64,000 nt of DNA from the human T2T-CHM13v2.0 reference genome, Homo sapiens: NCBI RefSeq assembly GCF_009914755.1, contig NC_060927.1; one strand, written 5' to 3'. The notes beneath the pieces are model-generated. The model was not told the DNA's origin and did not search any database. It saw nothing but the letters and a program-made list of their open reading frames with translations. Shown one piece after another: positions 47,800-62,600 of this stretch. Within the stretch, counting starts at the first letter, position 1, and every line of letters starts with the position of its first letter. A program made the translations under genes and the position numbers.

Positions 47800-50700
47800 T
47801 CAAATATAGATTATATACTGTACATTAAGTACCAAAGTACACCAAATATATATTTTATACTGTACATGAAATATCAAAGTTCACAAACCATACATTATAT
47901 ACTTTCCATAAAATATCAAAGTACCCATGGCATATATTCTATACTGTACAAAAGATATCAAAGTACCCAAAGCATGTATTATATACTGTACATAAAATAT
48001 GAAAGTACATCAAATATATATTTTATTCTGTACATAAAATATCAAAGTACACCAGATATATATTCTATAGTGTACATAAAATATCAAAGTACCCAAACTA
48101 TACATTATATACTGTACATAAAATATGAAATTACATCAAATATATATTATATTAGGTACATAAAATAAGAAAGTACATCAAATATAGATTATATACTGTA
48201 CATAAAATATCAAAGTACCCCAATATATATTATATACTGTACATGAAATATCAAAGTTCACAAACTATATATTATGTACTGTATATAAAATATCAAAGTA
48301 CCCAAGGTATATATTCTATACTGCACAAAAAATATGAAATTACCCAAAGCATGTATTATATACTGTATATAAAATATGAAAGCACATCAAATATATATTT
48401 TATTCTGTACATAAAATATCAAAGTACACCAGATATATATTCTATAGTGTACATAAAATATCAAAGTACCCAAACTATACATTATATACTGTATATAAAA
48501 TATGAAATTACATCAAATATATATTATATTAGGTACATAAAATACGAAAGTACATCAAATATAGATTATATACTGTACATAAAATATCAAAGTACCCCAA
48601 TATATATTATATACTGTACATGAAATATCAAAGTTCACAAACTATATATTATGTACTGTACATAAAATATCAAAGTACCCAAGGTATATATTCTATACTG
48701 TACAAAAAATATCAAAGTACCCAAAGCATGTATTATATACTGTACATAAAATATGAAAGTACATCAAATATAGATTATATACTGTACATTAAGTACCAAA
48801 GTACACCAAATATATATTTTATACTGTACATGAAATATCAAAGTTCACAAACCATACATTATATACTTTCCATAAAATATCAAAGTACCCATGGCATATA
48901 TTCTATACTGTACAAAAGATATCAAAGTACCCAAAGCATGTATTATATACTGTACATAAAATATGAAAGTACATCAAATATATATTTTATTCTGTACATA
49001 AAATATCAAAGTACACCAGATATATATTCTATAGTGTACATAAAATATCAAAGTACCCAAACTATACATTATATACTGTACATAAAATATGAAATTACAT
49101 CAAATATATATTATATTAGGTACATAAAATAAGAAAGTACATCAAATATAGATTATATACTGTACATAAAATATCAAAGTACCCCAATATATATTATATA
49201 CTGTACATGAAATATCAAAGTTCACAAACTATATATTATGTACTGTATATAAAATATCAAAGTACCCAAGGTATATATTCTATACTGCACAAAAAATATG
49301 AAATTACCCAAAGCATGTATTATATACTGTATATAAAATATGAAAGCACATCAAATATATATTTTATTCTGTACATAAAATATCAAAGTACACCAGATAT
49401 ATATTCTATAGTGTACATAAAATATCAAAGTACCCAAACTATACATTATATACTGTATATAAAATATGAAATTACATCAAATATATATTATATTAGGTAC
49501 ATAAAATACGAAAGTACATCAAATATAGATTATATACTGTACATAAAATATCAAAGTACCCCAATATATATTATATACTGTACATGAAATATCAAAGTTC
49601 ACAAACTATATATTATGTACTGTACATAAAATATCAAAGTACCCAAGGTATATATTCTATACTGTACAAAAAATATCAAAGTACCCAAAGCATGTATTAT
49701 ATACTGTACATAAAATATGAAAGTACATCAAATATAGATTATATACTGTACATTAAGTACCAAAGTACACCAAATATATATTTTATACTCTACATGAAAT
49801 ATCAAAGTTCACAAACCATACATTATATACTTTCCATAAAATATCAAAGTACCCATGGCATATATTCTATACTGTACAAAAGATATCAAAGTACCCAAAG
49901 CATGTATTATATACTGTACATAAAATATGAAAGTACATCAAATATATATTTTATTCTGTACATAAAATATCAAAGTACACCAGATATATATTCTATAGTG
50001 TACATAAAATATCAAAGTACCCAAACTATACATTATATACTGTACATAAAATATGAAATTACATCAAATATATATTATATTAGGTACATAAAATACGAAA
50101 GTACATCAAATATAGATTATATACTGTACATAAAATATCAAAGTACCCCAATATATATTATATACTGTACATGAAATATCAAAGTTCACAAACTATATAT
50201 TATGTACTGTATATAAAATATCAAAGTACCCAAGGTATATATTCTATACTGCACAAAAAATATGAAATTACCCAAAGCATGTATTATATACTGTATATAA
50301 AATATGAAAGCACATCAAATATATATTTTATTCTGTACATAAAATATCAAAGTACACCAGATATATATTCTATAGTGTACATAAAATATCAAAGTACCCA
50401 AACTATACATTATATACTGTACATAAAATATGAAATTACATCAAATATATATTATATTAGGTACATAAAATACGAAAGTACATCAAATATAGATTATATA
50501 CTGTACATAAAATATCAAAGTACCCCAATATATATTATATACTGTACATGAAATATCAAAGTTCACAAACTATATATTATGTACTGTATATAAAATATCA
50601 AAGTACCCAAGGTATATATTCTATACTGCACAAAAAATATGAAATTACCCAAAGCATGTATTATATACTGTATATAAAATATGAAAGCACATCAAATATA

Positions 50701-53700
50701 TATTTTATTCTGTACATAAAATATCAAAGTACACCAGATATATATTCTATAGTGTACATAAAATATCAAAGTACCCAAACTATACATTATATACTGTATA
50801 TAAAATATGAAATTACATCAAATATATATTATATTAGGTACATAAAATACGAAAGTACATCAAATATAGATTATATACTGTACATAAAATATCAAAGTAC
50901 CCCAATATATATCATATACTGTACATGAAATATCAAAGTTCACAAACTATATATTATGTACTGTACATAAAATATCAAAGTACCCAAGGTATATATTCTA
51001 TACTGTACAAAAAATATCAAAGTACCCAAAGCATGTATTATATACTGTACATAAAATATGAAAGTACATCAAATATAGATTATATACTGTACATTAAGTA
51101 CCAAAGTACACCAAATATATATTTTATACTGTACATGAAATATCAAAGTTCACAAACCATACATTATATACTTTCCATAAAATATCAAAGTACCCATGGC
51201 ATATATTCTATACTGTACAAAAGATATCAAAGTACCCAAAGCATGTATTATATACTGTACATAAAATATGAAAGTACATCAAATATATATTTTATTCTGT
51301 ACATAAAATATCAAAGTACACCAGATATATATTCTATAGTGTACATAAAATATCAAAGTACCCAAACTATACATTATATACTGTACATAAAATATGAAAT
51401 TACATCAAATATATATTATATTAGGTACATAAAATAAGAAAGTACATCAAATATAGATTATATACTGTACATAAAATATCAAAGTACCCCAATATATATT
51501 ATATACTGTACATGAAATATCAAAGTTCACAAACTATATATTATGTACTGTATATAAAATATCAAAGTACCCAAGGTATATATTCTATACTGCACAAAAA
51601 ATATGAAATTACCCAAAGCATGTATTATATACTGTATATAAAATATGAAAGCACATCAAATATATATTTTATTCTGTACATAAAATATCAAAGTACACCA
51701 GATATATATTCTATAGTGTACATAAAATATCAAAGTACCCAAACTATACATTATATACTGTATATAAAATATGAAATTACATCAAATATATATTATATTA
51801 GGTACATAAAATACGAAAGTACATCAAATATAGATTATATACTGTACATAAAATATCAAAGTACCCCAATATATATTATATACTGTACATGAAATATCAA
51901 AGTTCACAAACTATATATTATGTACTGTACATAAAATATCAAAGTACCCAAGGTATATATTCTATACTGTACAAAAAATATCAAAGTACCCAAAGCATGT
52001 ATTATATACTGTACATAAAATATGAAAGTACATCAAATATAGATTATATACTGTACATTAAGTACCAAAGTACACCAAATATATATTTTATACTGTACAT
52101 GAAATATCAAAGTTCACAAACCATACATTATATACTTTCCATAAAATATCAAAGTACCCATGGCATATATTCTATACTGTACAAAAGATATCAAAGTACC
52201 CAAAGCATGTATTATATACTGTACATAAAATATGAAAGTACATCAAATATATATTTTATTCTGTACATAAAATATCAAAGTACACCAGATATATATTCTA
52301 TAGTGTACATAAAATATCAAAGTACCCAAACTATACATTATATACTGTACATAAAATATGAAATTACATCAAATATATATTATATTAGGTACATAAAATA
52401 AGAAAGTACATCAAATATAGATTATATACTGTACATAAAATATCAAAGTACCCCAATATATATTATATACTGTACATGAAATATCAAAGTTCACAAACTA
52501 TATATTATGTACTGTATATAAAATATCAAAGTACCCAAGGTATATATTCTATACTGCACAAAAAATATGAAATTACCCAAAGCATGTATTATATACTGTA
52601 TATAAAATATGAAAGCACATCAAATATATATTTTATTCTGTACATAAAATATCAAAGTACACCAGATATATATTCTATAGTGTACATAAAATATCAAAGT
52701 ACCCAAACTATACATTATATACTGTATATAAAATATGAAATTACATCAAATATATATTATATTAGGTACATAAAATACGAAAGTACATCAAATATAGATT
52801 ATATACTGTACATAAAATATCAAAGTACCCCAATATATATTATATACTGTACATGAAATATCAAAGTTCACAAACTATATATTATGTACTGTACATAAAA
52901 TATCAAAGTACCCAAGGTATATATTCTATACTGTACAAAAAATATCAAAGTACCCAAAGCATGTATTATATACTGTACATAAAATATGAAAGTACATCAA
53001 ATATAGATTATATACTGTACATTAAGTACCAAAGTACACCAAATATATATTTTATACTGTACATGAAATATCAAAGTTCACAAACCATACATTATATACT
53101 TTCCATAAAATATCAAAGTACCCATGGCATATATTCTATACTGTACAAAAGATATCAAAGTACCCAAAGCATGTATTATATACTGTACATAAAATATGAA
53201 AGTACATCAAATATATATTTTATTCTGTACATAAAATATCAAAGTACACCAGATATATATTCTATAGTGTACATAAAATATCAAAGTACCCAAACTATAC
53301 ATTATATACTGTACATAAAATATGAAATTACATCAAATATATATTATATTAGGTACATAAAATAAGAAAGTACATCAAATATAGATTATATACTGTACAT
53401 AAAATATCAAAGTACCCCAATATATATTATATACTGTACATGAAATATCAAAGTTCACAAACTATATATTATGTACTGTATATAAAATATCAAAGTACCC
53501 AAGGTATATATTCTATACTGCACAAAAAATATGAAATTACCCAAAGCATGTATTATATACTGTATATAAAATATGAAAGCACATCAAATATATATTTTAT
53601 TCTGTACATAAAATATCAAAGTACACCAGATATATATTCTATAGTGTACATAAAATATCAAAGTACCCAAACTATACATTATATACTGTATATAAAATAT

Positions 53701-56630
53701 GAAATTACATCAAATATATATTATATTAGGTACATAAAATACGAAAGTACATCAAATATAGATTATATACTGTACATAAAATATCAAAGTACCCCAATAT
53801 ATATTATATACTGTACATGAAATATCAAAGTTCACAAACTATATATTATGTACTGTACATAAAATATCAAAGTACCCAAGGTATATATTCTATACTGTAC
53901 AAAAAATATCAAAGTACCCAAAGCATGTATTATATACTGTACATAAAATATGAAAGTACATCAAATATAGATTATATACTGTACATTAAGTACCAAAGTA
54001 CACCAAATATATATTTTATACTCTACATGAAATATCAAAGTTCACAAACCATACATTATATACTTTCCATAAAATATCAAAGTACCCATGGCATATATTC
54101 TATACTGTACAAAAGATATCAAAGTACCCAAAGCATGTATTATATACTGTACATAAAATATGAAAGTACATCAAATATATATTTTATTCTGTACATAAAA
54201 TATCAAAGTACACCAGATATATATTCTATAGTGTACATAAAATATCAAAGTACCCAAACTATACATTATATACTGTACATAAAATATGAAATTACATCAA
54301 ATATATATTATATTAGGTACATAAAATACGAAAGTACATCAAATATAGATTATATACTGTACATAAAATATCAAAGTACCCCAATATATATTATATACTG
54401 TACATGAAATATCAAAGTTCACAAACTATATATTATGTACTGTATATAAAATATCAAAGTACCCAAGGTATATATTCTATACTGCACAAAAAATATGAAA
54501 TTACCCAAAGCATGTATTATATACTGTATATAAAATATGAAAGCACATCAAATATATATTTTATTCTGTACATAAAATATCAAAGTACACCAGATATATA
54601 TTCTATAGTGTACATAAAATATCAAAGTACCCAAACTATACATTATATACTGTACATAAAATATGAAATTACATCAAATATATATTATATTAGGTACATA
54701 AAATACGAAAGTACATCAAATATAGATTATATACTGTACATAAAATATCAAAGTACCCCAATATATATTATATACTGTACATGAAATATCAAAGTTCACA
54801 AACTATATATTATGTACTGTATATAAAATATCAAAGTACCCAAGGTATATATTCTATACTGCACAAAAAATATGAAATTACCCAAAGCATGTATTATATA
54901 CTGTATATAAAATATGAAAGCACATCAAATATATATTTTATTCTGTACATAAAATATCAAAGTACACCAGATATATATTCTATAGTGTACATAAAATATC
55001 AAAGTACCCAAACTATACATTATATACTGTATATAAAATATGAAATTACATCAAATATATATTATATTAGGTACATAAAATACGAAAGTACATCAAATAT
55101 AGATTATATACTGTACATAAAATATCAAAGTACCCCAATATATATCATATACTGTACATGAAATATCAAAGTTCACAAACTATATATTATGTACTGTACA
55201 TAAAATATCAAAGTACCCAAGGTATATATTCTATACTGTACAAAAAATATCAAAGTACCCAAAGCATGTATTATATACTGTACATAAAATATGAAAGTAC
55301 ATCAAATATAGATTATATACTGTACATTAAGTACCAAAGTACACCAAATATATATTTTATACTGTACATGAAATATCAAAGTTCACAAACCATACATTAT
55401 ATACTTTCCATAAAATATCAAAGTACCCATGGCATATATTCTATACTGTACAAAAGATATCAAAGTACCCAAAGCATGTATTATATACTGTACATAAAAT
55501 ATGAAAGTACATCAAATATATATTTTATTCTGTACATAAAATATCAAAGTACACCAGATATATATTCTATAGTGTACATAAAATATCAAAGTACCCAAAC
55601 TATACATTATATACTGTACATAAAATATGAAATTACATCAAATATATATTATATTAGGTACATAAAATAAGAAAGTACATCAAATATAGATTATATACTG
55701 TACATAAAATATCAAAGTACCCCAATATATATTATATACTGTACATGAAATATCAAAGTTCACAAACTATATATTATGTACTGTATATAAAATATCAAAG
55801 TACCCAAGGTATATATTCTATACTGCACAAAAAATATGAAATTACCCAAAGCATGTATTATATACTGTATATAAAATATGAAAGCACATCAAATATATAT
55901 TTTATTCTGTACATAAAATATCAAAGTACACCAGATATATATTCTATAGTGTACATAAAATATCAAAGTACCCAAACTATACATTATATACTGTATATAA
56001 AATATGAAATTACATCAAATATATATTATATTAGGTACATAAAATACGAAAGTACATCAAATATAGATTATATACTGTACATAAAATATCAAAGTACCCC
56101 AATATATATTATATACTGTACATGAAATATCAAAGTTCACAAACTATATATTATGTACTGTACATAAAATATCAAAGTACCCAAGGTATATATTCTATAC
56201 TGTACAAAAAATATCAAAGTACCCAAAGCATGTATTATATACTGTACATAAAATATGAAAGTACATCAAATATAGATTATATACTGTACATTAAGTACCA
56301 AAGTACACCAAATATATATTTTATACTGTACATGAAATATCAAAGTTCACAAACCATACATTATATACTTTCCATAAAATATCAAAGTACCCATGGCATA
56401 TATTCTATACTGTACAAAAGATATCAAAGTACCCAAAGCATGTATTATATACTGTACATAAAATATGAAAGTACATCAAATATATATTTTATTCTGTACA
56501 TAAAATATCAAAGTACACCAGATATATATTCTATAGTGTACATAAAATATCAAAGTACCCAAACTATACATTATATACTGTACATAAAATATGAAATTAC
56601 ATCAAATATATATTATATTAGGTACATAAA
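47800..56630 (+). repeat. 4233-bp tandem super-repeat within the 964-bp array
   Basis: Private SNVs at 49790/54023 (CTCTAC) and 50913/55146 (ATATCATAT) and the X-X junctions 50548/54781 are all exactly 4233 bp apart (4x964+377). Confidence 0.82.
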
Positions 56631-59600
56631 ATACGAAAGTACATCAAATATAGATTATATACTGTACATAAAATATCAAAGTACCCCAATATATATTATA
56701 TACTGTACATGAAATATCAAAGTTCACAAACTATATATTATGTACTGTATATAAAATATCAAAGTACCCAAGGTATATATTCTATACTGCACAAAAAATA
56801 TGAAATTACCCAAAGCATGTATTATATACTGTATATAAAATATGAAAGCACATCAAATATATATTTTATTCTGTACATAAAATATCAAAGTACACCAGAT
56901 ATATATTCTATAGTGTACATAAAATATCAAAGTACCCAAACTATACATTATATACTGTATATAAAATATGAAATTACATCAAATATATATTATATTAGGT
57001 ACATAAAATACGAAAGTACATCAAATATAGATTATATACTGTACATAAAATATCAAAGTACCCAAACTATACATTATATACTGTATATAAAATATGAAAT
57101 TACATCAAATATATATTATATTAGGTACATAAAATACGAAAGTACATCAAATATAGATTATATACTGTACATAAAATATCAAAGTACCCCAATATATATT
57201 ATATACTGTACATGAAATATCAAAGTTCACAAACTATATATTATGTACTGTACATAAAATATCAAAGTACCCAAGGTATATATTCTATACTGTACAAAAA
57301 ATATCAAAGTACCCAAAGCATGTATTATATACTGTACATAAAATATGAAAGTACATCAAATATAGATTATATACTGTACATTAAGTACCAAAGTACACCA
57401 AATATATATTTTATACTGTACATGAAATATCAAAGTTCACAAACCATACATTATATACTTTCCATAAAATATCAAAGTACCCATGGCATATATTCTATAC
57501 TGTACAAAAGATATCAAAGTACCCAAAGCATGTATTATATACTGTACATAAAATATGAAAGTACATCAAATATATATTTTATTCTGTACATAAAATATCA
57601 AAGTACACCAGATATATATTCTATAGTGTACATAAAATATCAAAGTACCCAAACTATACATTATATACTGTACATAAAATATGAAATTACATCAAATATA
57701 TATTATATTAGGTACATAAAATACGAAAGTACATCAAATATAGATTATATACTGTACATAAAATATCAAAGTACCCCAATATATATTATATACTGTACAT
57801 GAAATATCAAAGTTCACAAACTATATATTATGTACTGTATATAAAATATCAAAGTACCCAAGGTATATATTCTATACTGCACAAAAAATATGAAATTACC
57901 CAAAGCATGTATTATATACTGTATATAAAATATGAAAGCACATCAAATATATATTTTATTCTGTACATAAAATATCAAAGTACACCAGATATATATTCTA
58001 TAGTGTACATAAAATATCAAAGTACCCAAACTATACATTATATACTGTATATAAAATATGAAATTACATCAAATATATATTATATTAAGTACATAAAATA
58101 CGAAAGTACATCAAATATAGATTATATACTGTACATAAAATATCAAAGTACCCCAATATATATTATATACTGTACATGAAATATCAAAGTTCACAAACTA
58201 TATATTATGTACTGTACATAAAATATCAAAGTACCCAAGGTATATATTCTATACTGTACAAAAAATATCAAAGTACCCAAAGCATGTATTATATACTGTA
58301 CATAAAATATGAAAGTACATCAAATATAGATTATATACTGTACATTAAGTACCAAAGTACACCAAATATATATTTTATACTGTACATGAAATATCAAAGT
58401 TCACAAACCATACATTATATACTTTCCATAAAATATCAAAGTACCCATGGCATATATTCTATACTGTACAAAAGATATCAAAGTACCCAAAGCATGTATT
58501 ATATACTGTACATAAAATATGAAAGTACATCAAATATATATTTTATTCTGTACATAAAATATCAAAGTACACCAGATATATATTCTATAGTGTACATAAA
58601 ATATCAAAGTACCCAAACTATACATTATATACTGTACATAAAATATGAAATTACATCAAATATATATTATATTAGGTACATAAAATACGAAAGTACATCA
58701 AATATAGATTATATACTGTACATAAAATATCAAAGTACCCCAATATATATTATATACTGTACATGAAATATCAAAGTTCACAAACTATATATTATGTACT
58801 GTATATAAAATATCAAAGTACCCAAGGTATATATTCTATACTGCACAAAAAATATGAAATTACCCAAAGCATGTATTATATACTGTATATAAAATATGAA
58901 AGCACATCAAATATATATTTTATTCTGTACATAAAATATCAAAGTACACCAGATATATATTCTATAGTGTACATAAAATATCAAAGTACCCAAACTATAC
59001 ATTATATACTGTATATAAAATATGAAATTACATCAAATATATATTATATTAGGTACATAAAATACGAAAGTACATCAAATATAGATTATATACTGTACAT
59101 AAAATATCAAAGTACCCCAATATATATTATATACTGTACATGAAATATCAAAGTTCACAAACTATATATTATGTACTGTACATAAAATATCAAAGTACCC
59201 AAGGTATATATTCTATACTGTACAAAAAATATCAAAGTACCCAAAGCATGTATTATATACTGTACATAAAATATGAAAGTACATCAAATATAGATTATAT
59301 ACTGTACATTAAGTACCAAAGTACACCAAATATATATTTTATACTGTACATGAAATATCAAAGTTCACAAACCATACATTATATACTTTCCATAAAATAT
59401 CAAAGTACCCATGGCATATATTCTATACTGTACAAAAGATATCAAAGTACCCAAAGCATGTATTATATACTGTACATAAAATATGAAAGTACATCAAATA
59501 TATATTTTATTCTGTACATAAAATATCAAAGTACACCAGATATATATTCTATAGTGTACATAAAATATCAAAGTACCCAAACTATACATTATATACTGTA

Positions 59601-62600
59601 CATAAAATATGAAATTACATCAAATATATATTATATTAGGTACATAAAATACGAAAGTACATCAAATATAGATTATATACTGTACATAAAATATCAAAGT
59701 ACCCCAATATATATTATATACTGTACATGAAATATCAAAGTTCACAAACTATATATTATGTACTGTATATAAAATATCAAAGTACCCAAGGTATATATTC
59801 TATACTGCACAAAAAATATGAAATTACCCAAAGCATGTATTATATACTGTATATAAAATATGAAAGCACATCAAATATATATTTTATTCTGTACATAAAA
59901 TATCAAAGTACACCAGATATATATTCTATAGTGTACATAAAATATCAAAGTACCCAAACTATACATTATATACTGTATATAAAATATGAAATTACATCAA
60001 ATATATATTATATTAGGTACATAAAATACGAAAGTACATCAAATATAGATTATATACTGTACATAAAATATCAAAGTACCCCAATATATATTATATACTG
60101 TACATGAAATATCAAAGTTCACAAACTATATATTATGTACTGTACATAAAATATCAAAGTACCCAAGGTATATATTCTATACTGTACAAAAAATATCAAA
60201 GTACCCAAAGCATGTATTATATACTGTACATAAAATATGAAAGTACATCAAATATAGATTATATACTGTACATTAAGTACCAAAGTACACCAAATATATA
60301 TTTTATACTGTACATGAAATATCAAAGTTCACAAACCATACATTATATACTTTCCATAAAATATCAAAGTACCCATGGCATATATTCTATACTGTACAAA
60401 AGATATCAAAGTACCCAAAGCATGTATTATATACTGTACATAAAATATGAAAGTACATCAAATATATATTTTATTCTGTACATAAAATATCAAAGTACAC
60501 CAGATATATATTCTATAGTGTACATAAAATATCAAAGTACCCAAACTATACATTATATACTGTACATAAAATATGAAATTACATCAAATATATATTATAT
60601 TAGGTACATAAAATACGAAAGTACATCAAATATAGATTATATACTGTACATAAAATATCAAAGTACCCCAATATATATTATATACTGTACATGAAATATC
60701 AAAGTTCACAAACTATATATTATGTACTGTATATAAAATATCAAAGTACCCAAGGTATATATTCTATACTGCACAAAAAATATGAAATTACCCAAAGCAT
60801 GTATTATATACTGTATATAAAATATGAAAGCACATCAAATATATATTTTATTCTGTACATAAAATATCAAAGTACACCAGATATATATTCTATAGTGTAC
60901 ATAAAATATCAAAGTACCCAAACTATACATTATATACTGTACATAAAATATGAAATTACATCAAATATATATTATATTAGGTACATAAAATACGAAAGTA
61001 CATCAAATATAGATTATATACTGTACATAAAATATCAAAGTACCCCAATATATATTATATACTGTACATGAAATATCAAAGTTCACAAACTATATATTAT
61101 GTACTGTATATAAAATATCAAAGTACCCAAGGTATATATTCTATACTGCACAAAAAATATGAAATTACCCAAAGCATGTATTATATACTGTATATAAAAT
61201 ATGAAAGCACATCAAATATATATTTTATTCTGTACATAAAATATCAAAGTACACCAGATATATATTCTATGGTGTACATAAAATATCAAAGTACCCAAAC
61301 TATACATTATATACTGTATATAAAATATGAAATTACATCAAATATATATTATATTAGGTACATAAAATACGAAAGTACATCAAATATAGATTATATACTG
61401 TACATAAAATATCAAAGTACCCAAACTATACATTATATACTGTATATAAAATATGAAATTACATCAAATATATATTATATTAGGTACATAAAATACGAAA
61501 GTACATCAAATATAGATTATATACTGTACATAAAATATCAAAGTACCCCAATATATATTATATACTGTACATGAAATATCAAAGTTCACAAACTATATAT
61601 TATGTACTGTACATAAAATATCAAAGTACCCAAGGTATATATTCTATACTGTACAAAAAATATCAAAGTACCCAAAGCATGTATTATATACTGTACATAA
61701 AATATGAAAGTACATCAAATATAGATTATATACTGTACATTAAGTACCAAAGTACACCAAATATATATTTTATACTGTACATGAAATATCAAAGTTCACA
61801 AACCATACATTATATACTTTCCATAAAATATCAAAGTACCCATGGCATATATTCTATACTGTACAAAAGATATCAAAGTACCCAAAGCATGTATTATATA
61901 TTGTACATAAAATATGAAAGTACATCAAATATATATTTTATTCTGTACATAAAATATCAAAGTACACCAGATATATATTCTATAGTGTACATAAAATATC
62001 AAAGTACCCAAACTATACATTATATACTGTACATAAAATATGAAATTACATCAAATATATATTATATTAGGTACATAAAATACGAAAGTACATCAAATAT
62101 AGATTATATACTGTACATAAAATATCAAAGTACCCCAATATATATTATATACTGTACATGAAATATCAAAGTTCACAAACTATATATTATGTACTGTATA
62201 TAAAATATCAAAGTACCCAAGGTATATATTCTATACTGCACAAAAAATATGAAATTACCCAAAGCATGTATTATATACTGTATATAAAATATGAAAGCAC
62301 ATCAAATATATATTTTATTCTGTACATAAAATATCAAAGTACACCAGATATATATTCTATAGTGTACATAAAATATCAAAGTACCCAAACTATACATTAT
62401 ATACTGTATATAAAATATGAAATTACATCAAATATATATTATATTAGGTACATAAAATACGAAAGTACATCAAATATAGATTATATACTGTACATAAAAT
62501 ATCAAAGTACCCCAATATATATTATATACTGTACATGAAATATCAAAGTTCACAAACTATATATTATGTACTGTACATAAAATATCAAAGTACCCAAGGT

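Larger units (their letters stand above)
1..47800 (+). repeat. 378-bp 9-mer higher-order repeat domain (heterogeneous mosaic of HOR variants)
   Basis: Nine distinguishable monomers recur in fixed order (translated tags SSQTI, STQGI, STQSM, ESTSNIYF, STPDI, STQTIH, EITSN, ESTSNID, STPNI). The landmark CATGAAATATCAAAGTTCAC recurs every 378 bp (e.g. ATG at 1037, 1415, 1793 and at 3839, 4217), with 377-, 373-, 331-, 251- and 536-bp variant units. Confidence 0.93.
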
